Shown in pieces: positions 11,264-24,600 of a stretch of 64,000 nt of DNA. The notes under the pieces are model-generated. The model made no database searches, had not been told where the DNA came from, and saw only the letters and a list, made by a program, of their open reading frames with translations. The position numbers and the translations under genes were made by a program. Origin of the DNA: Balanoglossus misakiensis (taxonomy: Eukaryota > Animalia > Hemichordata). The stretch lies in the NCBI GenBank assembly GCA_040954595.2, contig CM082592.2, positions 11,872,632 to 11,936,631 on the forward strand, given 5' to 3'. How positions within the stretch are numbered: position 1 is the first letter of the stretch; every line of letters starts with the position of its first letter.

Positions 11264-12259
11264 TTATGCTTGTAGGTAACCCCTGAAATATGAGATAAAA
11301 GATTTCTGCTATTAAAATCTTGGAAACAGAATATGTGGGTACATAATCTTGGCTAGACACCCTGTACATCAGTATATATAATCTGCAGCTACGGAACTTA
11401 GGCAACTGAATCCTTTATTGCAAAATGTAAGAGTTCTAACTTACGGTAACTTCATCCTCATGAAGACTCTGCACATGAAGAATGATAGGATCACACAGAC
11501 AAAACCCATGAAGAGTAACAGGAATCTGTTGAGTTTGGGCATGTTTGGAGCATTTGATTTATCCAAAATGACAAAACCGAGGCCGCCAGCTGTGAACAGG
11601 AAGCTGGAGGCAAGACCTTCCATAATGTACTGTCCATTTACTCTGTAAGGCATAAATGCAACCTGTGGAAAGAAAATATGGAAAATTCATTGGTGACATA
11701 TGGTAAGTGTTTTGTACTAGACAGCAGTGAGCTATTGAAGTTGTAGTCAAAAGGTAAGCAAATCACATACTTGCACATCACACAACTTACTGGTTTCTGA
11801 TGCCCATGTTCGTCTGTCGTTGATCCGACACTAGGGGGCTCTACAATAACATCATATATAACACCTGAAACAAAATTTAAACATAAAACCTAAACAATCA
11901 TTGATATCAGACAATTTAACTCCGCTATAAATGGAAGACTAACACCAATAAATGTTAACCCAGAAGCAGACATCCCTTCAAAACGGTCGTTTGTTTATAT
12001 GTTCACTTCAGAAGCTCTACAACCCGGAAGTTGCATACGTGTCCATTGACCCACTCAGCAACCAGCTGGTTCTCTCAGACACCAACAGCAAAGCATGCGG
12101 AATTAACATGCAAACATTACCTCCAGTGACAAGAAAATACGAGACTAATATCATGGCATAAACAACCATGGCTGATGGCATTTTCACCCATGTTGGACGC
12201 TTAAGTCGAATGTTAGGGCATTGTAGCACGGTGAATGGAACTGAGTACAGGGCCTCCAT
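11264..12259 (-). CDS. OSTC: Oligosaccharyltransferase complex subunit OSTC (DC2), 4 exons, 149 aa
   Basis: Exons 12259-12121, 11864-11791, 11662-11445, 11282-11264 (450 nt). Translation: [22 protein letters not shown]...[66 protein letters not shown]...[14 protein letters not shown]. Confidence 0.97.
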
Positions 12260-12606
12260 TTTGCTTTGGCTGGAAAAGACCGGAATCTAAGGCGGAGCGT
12301 ATTATGTACTTTGTAGTTCATATTTTCGAATAGGACACTTATGTAACTTTGCTGTTTACAGCGTAACTATGACAGATTTTCCCCCAATAAATAACTAGTG
12401 TTTTTGAAATTATAAATAAAGCCCAATCGTTATTTTTTAAGGTTATTCTGACGTTTATTTTTTACTTTTTATTAAGAATCAGTGTATAAGAATATTAGGC
12501 CTTGAAAAGGCTTCCACGATTGATCACGCGTGAATACGGTGAGATTGCAAAATGTTGTTGATGGAAAAAACCGTAGGACTGCCAATGTGAGTCAGTCGTT
12601 ATCAAC
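12260..12606. promoter_or_regulatory. Probable bidirectional promoter shared by OSTC and SFSWAP
   Basis: Only 347 bp separate the two divergent ATGs. AT-rich core (about 12390-12495) flanked by CpG-containing segments, with palindrome TCACGCGTGA at about 12524-12533. Confidence 0.6.
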
Positions 12607-15600
12607 ATGGCTCTGTTCGTGAAGAACAAGCAGAAGAGAGCACAAATTGTAGATAGAAAGCACGTAGAAACGGCCAAATCCCGCGAAGAAGAACTCGATG
12701 AACTCTTTGTCTTTGGGTACGCGGCAAAGTTGTTCCATGATGACGAGAAGGCAATTTACATTGACAAGGGAAAGCATTTGATTCCATGGATGGGAGACAC
12801 AACTTTGATGATCGACAGGTCGGTATAACACTGTTTCTTTGGGGTTTTTCCTATGCGCACGTACTCCGACTGACATGTTGGGAAGAGCACAAAGAAACGT
12901 CCTGTACTGCAGTGAAGCAGTGCATCGACTAACCGAGGGGCGAAGTTGTTACTGTTTTTTTTTCTTTCAAAAATCATCATCACTTCTGAGTGTGAACGCT
13001 GATCTCGTTGCCGATTGGTTGAAAGGGTTTGCGGAAACAATGCAACCAGCTGCTTGCGATTTTGACAAGTCGCTAAAATTCTTTTTCGGCAACACAGTCC
13101 TGCAGCTGGAAAGAAACACTGCATTCCATTGTTTATACGGCGTATTCTTGCAGAGTATTGTTTAATTTGTGGTAAAATATCTTGAGAAGTTCACCTGGGT
13201 CTGTTCCGAGTCGCTTTTGTTTTTCGCTGATGTCCATTGCATGCTTGGTGGCTCACTGCACCAGCGGCCGCACGACCCGGCTTTTTCACCTGTGCTATGT
13301 TATTATGGATCGACGGTGTCAGAAAATGAATTATTTGAAGCATTAAAGAATTGAGAAGTTGTGTATGCTTGAATTGAATATTTTTTTGGCACAGCTATAT
13401 ATTGATCGGCGCATGAAGTAGTGCGGGTACAGCTTTGGTCAATATCAAAACAACTTATCATTCATTGCGCTATAAACTTGTGATTGAGGTGTGAAGGAAA
13501 TGTAAATTTCCTTCCGGAAAACAGTTACCATGATTAACTTACATTTAATTAAATTAAAATTGTGATAACAATTGAAGCAGCACAATCAGAAAACGTGTTG
13601 GGGTTGGGATAATATTGTTTACACAGTGACTTTGGGGGGTGGGGGGTTGTCTTACCAGATTTTCAAGAATCATTCCAATTTTGGAAGTGCACAGTATAGA
13701 TAGTCTATTGCATATTTGCAGATTTAAAAATTCATCACTATAGCGAACGTACCCACCAGGTACCGGGTCAAGGTAAAGTACTTCAAAACTGTGCATAATA
13801 ATCACTAAAACAATTTTATGCTGTGTTCAGTCACTTATTTTACTGTCTGTTTTTTTTCACCTTACCAACCTCAATGTCTCCTGCAGGTACGATGGGCGTG
13901 GACATTTACATGATCTTTCCGAGTATGACCTTGATGCTTGGAACAGAGAATACAGATTATCCGAGGAAGAGGCCCGGATAGAAGCCTTGTGTGATGAAGA
14001 GCGGTATCTGGCACTTCACACAGATCTCCTTGAAGAGCAACATCGGCAAGGTATGGGGAAAATGAGAAGGATTCATAATAGTTATATATATTGTAGCAGT
14101 TTCTGATTTCGTTACTCAATCGTAGGAGAGAGTGAAGTCTATCTGACAGATTCCAGTGATTATTATCAAAAGACGGTGAAATCACAGTTGGAATCTGACC
14201 TCAGATAGAAATAAACCAACTTTCTTATCTCTAGACTATATTTACTGTAAACAGTTATCGAACTGTATTTTGTAAATACCGCCCAGTATTTGGACTAATG
14301 CCATCATTGTTGCTGTACACAATGCTAAGTTACTTGTTAAGAGAAATTGAAGATTTTATTCTAGTGATGCTTTCAGTGTTGAATCACCGACAGACAAGGG
14401 TGTGTTTGACACATGATTTGTATAAAGCACGCCTCCTATCACGTATTAGAGCAGACATTGTACAGCTATAACATTACCATGGTCCAAGGTTGCTGTGACC
14501 TCACCCTGATAGCATCAAGGTGGTGGAAATTTCCACACATCAGGCAGTCCCAAAATTACAGTAGTTTTTAAAGATTCAAATCATTGTTTTAAAACAATGC
14601 CACATTTAGAAATTTAAACAGGCTGAAAAATGAATTAAAAGGCTAATGTTATAGTATGTAAATGTTATAATTGTCTTGCTATTGTTATTCAAATAAGCTT
14701 ATTATATTTTAGTGTGGCACGTTTTGGCCTTGAAATTGCACAATTGGCTGTTAGGTATTGATCCCAATGCATTCTGTATACAACCTTCTTGTCATCTGTC
14801 TTTAAACATGCGAAAATGAATTGCTTTCAAAAGTTATGCCTAATGGAGATTATCATTGTAAACCCATCTCAATTTATTCCGGCATTACTGACGCAAGATG
14901 GCTTTTAATTTTAAACTGCCCACAGAACTTGATGAGAGTAATATAAAATTGAGCGTATAAAATGACTTACAACACTTTCCTACTGAATGCTTGCAGCATA
15001 CAGTAACATATTGTTCGTATAATTCTGCCCATGGTTTCTGTGAGCTTGAGCGGAGTTTAAAAGAAAGTTGTCCCTGCCAGCTGTTTGCAATGTGCCAAAC
15101 ATCCATGCAAAAGTCCTGTGGGAAAATTCTGTTGAACAGACTCGGCCAACATAACAATCTAAGCTGGCAAGGTGCCCTTTTTTTCACAAGTGGTTTCTCC
15201 ATTAGACAGGATTTGTGAGTTTCTTCACCTTGCATCTTGCTCAGCATCTTGTATTCATTTGACAGAGGTCAAAGGTTACACTTTACGGGCACGCACCCCG
15301 TTGCAATGCCAGTGAACCAATTCATGTAGTTATATTCTTATGCACCCAGTGTGTCTTGTCACTGTCAGTTTGGATTGAAACAAGTTGGCTGTTTATTTGC
15401 AGTGACAAACCTTTTCCAAATACATCACCATACACTGTGAAATGAAAAGAATACAAGAAAATGTCAGGCCTTGAAAATGTTAGGGACCTTTCATTGGTGA
15501 ATGGCACAGTTCCAAGAGATCTTCGCTAAGATCTTTGATGTTCTTTTGGGAGGTGATTGACATGTATGTTCAATAGCCTGGTGTAAGGCAAGGGTCCTCG

Positions 15601-18600
15601 CATACATGTGTAACTAATTATGAAATATGAAACTTATGTTGACAAGGCAAATACTGAATATCTATGTACGTAGTTTAAATAGTCATGTCAAGTAGCCATC
15701 TGTTTAGTGCCGTAAGGAAGATTGACAACTGCGTTTCGTAATATTATGCTGAGTGTACAGTTTGCTTTCATTAGAAGGCTCCTCTCTCGCATGTTTTTTG
15801 TCGGATTGTTCCAATTTGAAGATATTTAAGTTTAACAGGTGTCACCTCTGCCTTTATGGCACACACGCACACACTGGTTTGTGCGTCAGCAATACGTGTG
15901 ACTGTGTGTATAAACTACAGCTGTTGGCTACTGAAAAATAAAAGTTGTAAATGACTTGTCAATCTCTGAAATCAAAGACATTGTGGGGAAATGTCCTTGC
16001 ATCAAAGAGAATCATCGTGCATTGCCTACTTTTACAGTTGTTGAAGTTAATAACCTGATATAAAACACAAACTGAAGACTTTGTGTTGTCAGAAATATGA
16101 GAAGGTTAAGACTTTGATTTTCGAGGTGCATATCAACCTTACAGCAGATCCGGCACAGCATGTAATGATGATTGATTTCATTTCCTTTTTGCTCTCTTGT
16201 GCAGAGGAAGAGTTGAAGAGACTGAACGAAGCCATAGCTGGCTCTGAAGATAATTACCAAGCAGTGGGATTCAGCTATGATGATGCACCCTCATCCAGTT
16301 ATAATGCCAGCTATGATCCTACGCAACCGACCGATGATTACGAAGATGATGCAAATAAAGAAAATCAAGGTATTGTGTGAGATTTCGACCATTCTTTGTG
16401 ATTGTGTGATTGTTCGTTTTATGTTACAGCTTGCAGACTGAGAAGCTCCTGTGGTAGGTTGTCACTAGCATGTACACTTCATTTTGAAAAAAGACTCTCA
16501 GCTTACATCTGTGGATTTTCAGTGAAAATAACTGATGATAGCTTTCTTGCTCAGTTGTAAATTTCACTGAAAATAACGCATCATTTATTGCGTTGACATT
16601 TGATGCTAAAGTCCAGGGGTTTCACAAAAGCAAGAAGCAAATGGAATCATCCGACTCTTGAGAATTTTCATTTTTTTGGCAACTTTCCCAAAAATGTCCA
16701 GTGAGCCCTTGTTTTTCTTGAGACCCTGGGAATTTTGGCATTTAATGCAAAATGTTTGTCTGCCAGAAAATTAATTCATTATGACGTAACAGGCAAGGTG
16801 ATTATTATGTAAAAGGCTTCTAATCTATGTTACATGGTCAAATATCTATTCTTTAGCGAAAAAAACTAAACTTATATGTTACATAACTGCACAAGAAGCC
16901 TTATAAGAAAATTATACAAGCTATGTAGATTTTCAAAATTGTCAAAGTAACTTCAGCTTCTCAGATGCTAATTACTGATATCAAGACCACAACAATTCAG
17001 CACTGATGTTCGTACATGTAGCTACTGTCATTGGTTTATGTTTCTGTAAACAAATGTGAACTTGAAGTACCCAATGTTTTGATACTTCACATTTGTTTGG
17101 AAGGGATACTCTGATAAAAATCCCTCCCTCACAGTCAAGTTTCACCTATAAAAAGAAGTATGAACCTCAGGTAGGCAATGTTTTGATACTTGAAAGCATT
17201 GTTTTATAAGGAAACTCCAGATAAGATTCCTCCAAACAATGGTTTCTCCTCAGGGGAAGATATTCCTCAGCCCTCAAGACCCACTAATACGATTATCTCA
17301 TCCATGGATAAAAATATTTGCATAGTCATCAATGTGTAGATTCTATCGTTTGGATCACAGTTTGGAATTTCACCATCTTCCTAATGGATCTCTATATTCA
17401 TTTCTATTGGCAAACACCCCAAATACATAAACTGAATGCTTTGGGACTCCGGAGTGACCGTGAGTGACTTCTGACTCATTTGAAAACCTGGGGAACGTAC
17501 ACAGAATAGATATCTATTCAGATAGATACGGGACATCTGTTTTCACACAGTTTGACAGTTGTACACACAATGTCCAAGATGAATGCCTAAAAAGCCCTTA
17601 CAATATGGTGACCTTCTTGCGTGTCCACCTTATACAAGACCTGGAAGCTAAACTAAGAGTAACATTGAAGTAGGATTCAACCATTTACATTTGTATGCAG
17701 GGGTGGGAGACCAATGCCCTTTCTACCTTGAACTGGTTTCATGTTGAGATCTAAATAGCTTGTTTGTGTAATGGTCTCCACACGTGTGTGCTAGTATGGG
17801 ATCTTACCCAATTGTCAAACTGAGAGTTTAGGGTAATTAACGTCATTGATAAGGAAATGAAAGCAGGTCTTGCAGAATAAGATTTAGAAGAACAATTCTT
17901 AGCTTGAAGGTGGATATTTGCATCTTTCATTATACACCCACAGTAAGAAAGTAGAGAATGTTTATAGACTAGTTTGAACTGATCCCTGGGGTATGGATTA
18001 TGGAGGTAGCCTCTGGGGGTGAAGATTTTGGAGGTAGCCTATGGATAGTGTCTACAACCCATGTCTGCTCATGTACGTCCACATGCCAAAAAGCATGTAT
18101 GTGTAGAGTACACAACCATACTGACATTCCCCATACATCCAATCCTTAGGTCCACGTTGCGCTTTGAGCTAAAATTATTTTGCTGAATCATACACTTTTA
18201 AGTACAAGAGACATGACCTTTGATCTGTGACCTTGTGATCTTTATGAAACTAAGCAAACTATCATTCATGCAAGTACTTGTGAAGGGGTGGTTGACATCA
18301 GTACTAATGATGTACCTTAGCCAGACGGCCTTATCAATGAAATTCCTGTGGTTTTCAAGTGATAAACAACTGATTTTACCTATCAAGGGTAGCCATTGGT
18401 TCCTGTTTGTACACACAATGAAAACCATGGTTTGTGGCAAAAACCACTGGATTGTCCACAAGGATTTATATCACAGACAGGAGAAAAGTCTCCCATTCTT
18501 CTATTGTACGTCTTTGATACATGTACATGTATGTCAATATCGTATTTGAGATTCATGTTATGATGTATATCAGTATCGTATCATGATGCTCCCTTTTGCA

Positions 18601-21600
18601 GTTCACAACACTTGAGGAAGATTTTAAAAAAAAACATGGAATTCTACAGTATCTCTGTCATCTGTACTTCATTTGCAAATTAAACCACGAGAAAGGAAAG
18701 TGTATTCACCATCTTGTATTATTCAGAAAAAAGCAGGTATGATTCAGCCTGTTGCCATAGAGACCACATCACACATGGAGGCTATTTAGACCTCTGAGAT
18801 AATTGATTTAATAAATTCTAAGATTTGACTGATGAACATTGCTTCAAATAGAATATTAAACGAAGCACAATATTGACCGAAAAATTGAGCAGTTAAACAG
18901 TCTACTATACAACGCCATTTGTATTTGTCAGATGGATCTAAGTTTAGAACCGCTTCAAACTGGCGGGAACAGGAATATTGAAATTCCTGAACCCGCAGTG
19001 AAGACCACTTACCAGCATTACTCTGAAGTTGATAGCTTAGAGTATCAATACAAAATATCTCTGGATTTCACAAAATTATATACATCTGTATGTAATGCTG
19101 GCATTATCCATACAGTTGTCAAACGGGCCCCTCTGTCCTCTATAGGAAATATTTCACTGAAAGTGAAACACATCCATTTCATAAGATTTTGTAAAGCATG
19201 TTTCATCAATGCTTTCACAGCATTTCTGACTGTCCTGTGTTCTACTGCCAAAATCAGATCAATCTCTCTGCCGCATCTGATGAAGATGCCTGAAACTACC
19301 AGACTACTTTCTGATTTCTCATCGCCTTGCCATCTTCTGGCAACAGTTTGTAATTCCATGAAAGTTGACATAAAGTGTTTAAATTTCAAGTACCATTGAA
19401 AATGAGTAAATATTTAACGGGTACTCAAAATAGGTTATTCATTGAATATACAAAGTGGGGACAGCACAGAGGGCTACATCACATGTTTTGCAAGAAGGAT
19501 ACACCTTAACCCAGATTATTGCATTGTATTCAAATTAAAGAGAATCCTGTGGCGTTCCTGTGTGGACTAATTTAGAACAAAAACATGAAGTCAGTAAACT
19601 TTACATAAGTATTTTGCTCCTTACACCTACAAATCAGATAAAAACCCCAAATGATCTGATTTCAGTGCAGGGAAAAGAAGGGAGGTGCCGTTTGAAATGT
19701 TAAACAGATCTGTGTTTTGCATGGCATGACTGCAGTACTCCATCCCACTGTGACAGGATTTTTTTGTGACAAGTTTTTCGTGCATCCATACATGAAATGA
19801 CAAGACTCTGAAGTGAAAGACTCTCTGTAATGAGACTGGCTCAAAGAAAGTTCTACAATTCCAAACATTTTCCAAAAAGTCATGTTTGTTTAAAGGGCAC
19901 CCATTGCACATCCGTCTGCAGATGTTTCATTCGATATCGACTGTGTGTATGTGTGGTTTTATCTGCTTTCAACCCAGCCAGACTTCAATTCCCACAGGGA
20001 AACGCTTGCTAAGTTCTCTATATAATGGTTTGGCTGTGTTTAAATAACACCCGATGACTTCTGTGTTAGTTTTGGCAAAAACACATTTCTGTGGCATGAC
20101 TGTGCAGAGGTAAACATGTCAGTCAGGTTTAGGGAAGGTCAACCTGACATTGTGCATGAAATGATAGCCGTTATTGTACCAGGGTACATTGACACAATCT
20201 CGTAGATCAATTATTGCTGCATAAGTAATGCAGTTAAGGGGACAAGTCTGACAGCTGACCTGATTTTCTCTGACTTGTGTGTACAGATGTCATACAGCAG
20301 TGTGAATGAATGGCGAGATGATTATGAAAAATTCTCAAACTACGCGAGAGCCAAAAAAGCGAAAATAAAAAGTCATTTAATAATGTTTTTTCGGGGATAA
20401 TGATGCAGTGAAATACGAAAACGTGAAAATTAAACGTTGCATAACAGTTGCCGCTATTGATATTGCGAAAATTTCCTGTTGCAAAAATTTCCCGTTTTTA
20501 CATTACTAGTAAAGCATGTTGATAACATGTTTGTTTCATTTTTTCTGTACAAGGTGTTGTAATTTCCAAAATTGGCGTTGGAGGGAGAATAGAGTTAGTG
20601 TCAGAATATCACTGTCCACAAATTAATTACTTGATCAGTAATGCGTAGAACAGCATTGCTCAGCTGTTGCATGGAGCGTGTAGAGACAGCAATGCTTAAA
20701 ATGCTGCATAGCGCTTCATGTACTCTTCTGTGACTGGCTTTCAACTAATTATAGGTGTACTGTGACCTGGCATGGTCTTCTCACACTGTGTGTGCGCTAT
20801 CGAATCATGCTGACATCATAACAGTTTTTGTTGGACCACATTGCGCTTGCTTGGTGGTTTGCCCAGTGTGCGTTTGGAGCCAGCTGTTCTTGGAACAAAA
20901 CCATCTTTTGGAGGTGTTAGTCCCGACATTTGTCAAATATTTACCCACGAAAATAAATTCACAGTAATAATGAGAACATCTTCTTGTGCAAAGTAAAAAA
21001 AATTTGTCAGGTCAACCATATTGATTAATTGCGTTAATGTATTGTTCCTGGTAGGTTAATGGCGGGAATATCCGGGAATATCCGAGTGAAATGTCACCGG
21101 TAAATTTCACTTTGTGAGCACTCACTGTTGGTATTTTTAGTGAAAATGTATTCACCTGTCATCATACATGTAGTACGATTTTTAGAACATGTCCAGATAT
21201 ATCCTAATGACAAAACTTCACTTTGTTTTTCTCATCATGTTACAGAAGAAGAAGATAATCCTATCGGAGAGGATGAGGAACCATTTGTGGCACCAAAGGA
21301 ACTGGAATTGCCCAGCGATATGGAAGTGGTAAGAAGGACTTTTAATGATCTCACTTTTTTATGTATTGTACTTTCAGTTATCGTGTGATAAAAGAATAAT
21401 GGAAGAGATACATATACAGTAGTGGTATTTCATGATGCTTCCAGTCTTGGGGTTTCAACTTACAGCAGCATTGAATTAAGTTTAAATTACATGTTACGTT
21501 CTGCATGTCAGAACAGATCAGCTGTTTCCTGAATCATTGATTGGTTTTCATGGCAGCCAGGACTGTTTAGTGCAAATGCTATACCTCCTTTATATCTCTT

Positions 21601-24600
21601 GAAAACTCGGCTCAATCATTGAATGTTTTTTACAGGGTTTGACCATGCGAGAGAGTAAAATATACTTCTTTTTTTCTTTCCAGCCTGCGACAGTAAAGAC
21701 AAACGCCATCATTGAAAGGACGGCCATTTTTGTCATGACCAACGGTCCACAATTTGAAATTATTCTGAAAGCCAAGCAATCGGGGAACTCTCAGTTTAAT
21801 TTTCTCGACTTTGAACATTATCTGAACAAATATTACAGGCACGTTTTGAAGTACATCAAATCAGGCAAATACAAACCAAAGTCAACAGATTCAAAAGGTA
21901 AATGAATGTTTCATTCCTGTAATTTTTCTGCTGCAAAAATTGTCAGAGTTGTTGTTACAGGCTTTTTCAAATTTGAGTCGTAGATTTAAATTGTTCGACC
22001 TCCAATGCACCTCATCAGATACCCCAGAGAATAATCACCGTAAAGCAAGCTGTGATGACGAAAGTAGTTGCCATACCGACGATGAAGAAGAGAGCGATGC
22101 AGACAGCAGTGGTTATTTACATCCGAGTTTATTGACATCCAGGAAGACAAAATCACCAAAGGTAATATGAATGGGTTGCGTGTGTAAAGCTTTGTCATAA
22201 TTCTAGCCCTAAAATTCACATATTTTTGCTCCCTGAAATTCTTCTCATGAAAAACAGTACCGTCTAAAACTTGCAGAAAATGTAAACCTTTCATCCTATT
22301 CCATTCTGTAAAGGTCCAACATTATTTATATTAATAGAAGACAGTGGATTCAAAGTTTTATTACTGGTTGCAGTGTATGTTACTTGCTAGTATTTGTTTT
22401 CTGTGATTCCAAAAGTTGACTTGATGCCCTGTTTCTTTTTCCAGAAAACAGATGCTCCACCGTGGCCAAGCGGGACACCTCTACCAACACAAAGTGTCAT
22501 TACAGCTGTAGGAACTTCCAGTGCTCTGCTGGGGCCGGTCTATGGACCAATGCTGCCAGGATTACAACTTCCACTTCTACCTCCTGCAGCCAGTACTACT
22601 GCAAACTCAGGTGAGTGTTGCTGGCCTGTCATCACAGACAGAGAAATATCGGCGGGTGGGCAGACATGAATGGATGGATGGACTTGCAGATTGAAACCCA
22701 TATCATCTAACTGCAACAGGATTACATCCTTTAACCCTTTCACCCCCCCCCCCCCCCCCTCCCTCTTTAGAGGTCCAACCTTACCATTAAAAAACAATGG
22801 GTTTGGACTGAACCACGGTGGTGAAAGGGTTAAGCAATCAAGACCATCCCGGTGATGACTTGTCCATTTTCCTCCGTCTATTGAAGGAAACAAGTTACAG
22901 TTTCAAAGTTAACAACCTTATCAGATATGCATGTATTCAAAGCATAATACAGCCATGTTTATTTGTTTGTTTGTTTTTGTTTCAGGGACCACTACTGCGC
23001 CAATTTTGCCGCCACCAATTCCCCCCTTTATTGGGGTTGCGCCAGATGGCAGTGCTGTTGTACCTCCCCCTCCCCAGACAGTACCTCCAACAACAGTCCA
23101 TGTAAATACGCTGTCTTCATTTACTGCTGCTCAACCAGCCTTGTCAGGGATTTCGGCTCTGACTGCCACGCCCCCTCCCCCACCCCCAGAAGACAACCCC
23201 AGTGCAGTTGCAACCACTAGTGCAAGGTAAGAAGTGTTAAATTAGTGAAAAAAGTAGTCAGAGGTGATAGTACTTGTTTAACTTCCTCAGAAATTGATGA
23301 AGCATGCTAATAAATGTTTCTTATTTGCTTCCAGTGCCCAGGCAATTCCTACAATAGTCCCCCCTCCCCCAGATCTTCAACCAGTCATTGACAAAATGGC
23401 CAAGTACGTGGCCAAGAATGGGGTGGAGTTTGAGGCAACCGTAAGAGCCAAGTCAGATCCTAGGTTTGAATTCCTCCTACCTTGGCATAGTTACCACGCC
23501 TACTATGAATACAAGAAGAAACTTTTTATTGGGGAATTCGGCAAAAAGATAGAAGATGAACCTGAGATGCACTCAAAGAAAGGTATTTATCAGCTGAGCT
23601 TCAATGTGATTTGCATAGCTATTTAATGTTCATATTGGTGGTGGTAGTATAGTTGTGGAAGAACTACTATGACTTGGTAATTTCTGCTGGTTGGCTAAAT
23701 TTTACATCACTGTTAAATTTTCATATGTCAATCATTTTATTTCCAGCCCGGGGTCCGGTCTCCTTTTCCATTAAAAGCAAAGACTCCGATGACCGGGTGT
23801 CGGAATCCAGGTGCACATTCCCGGTGGAGAGCAGCAGTGACTCTGACGGAGAAAATGTGGGAAAGAGTGATGAGAAATACAACCCGTTTATGTTGCCTGA
23901 GATGTCCGGTGGAGAGAAGCAGTCGGATAAGAAGAAACCACAGCTTTCACTTGAAGAATTAGAAGCCAGACAAGGTAAGGAAGGAATCAAGGTTTTTGTG
24001 TGAAAGAATTTGTGGAGATAATAGATACATGCTACTGTTACACATCCACTTTCGTTTTAAATTTCACGGATGTTGGTGGAATTGTAAGAGCTGCATACCA
24101 GACTACATTGTACACACAGACACACTGGAACCTGTTTCAGGCCATTTCTCTGTCAGTATAAGTAACGTCCAGGTTTTGAATCCTTAAATTTTAGTCGGTT
24201 TTATCGATGATATTGGCCGAGGATGGTGGGTGTTTAATTCACTTATTTGGTTTGTTACTGGCAGCACAGTTTTCATCGAGCTGATCTTTATTTGAGGATT
24301 GCTCATTTTACAGAAAGGCTTAATCTTAAGTCAGGCTTGCCACAGACAGACTGATCTAGGTATATACACTGGAAAAAAAGTCTCCATCTATACATTGGCA
24401 GAAGGCATGTTTGCAGGCCTAGAAGGATTTACAATATCATGACAAAGGTCAAACCAGCCCATACTCTGGTGATCTGAATATCTGTGTCATGTTAGGTCAT
24501 AAGAACGAGAATGTTGTGCCACATTAGTCCAGGCAAATATCTATTGACATCGTTGATAATACCAAACATTTCATGATGCAAAAACTATTTAGCTTTTTTG

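Noticed and set aside
18932-19399. 155-aa and 114-aa opposing ORFs in SFSWAP intron 3
   Set aside because: No recognisable domain or transposase/RT motif, and not required for the SFSWAP frame.
20330-20505. CGAAAA-rich segment resembling a decayed MITE arm
   Set aside because: Only one arm is discernible, with no matching inverted end or target duplication; needs a repeat library to call.
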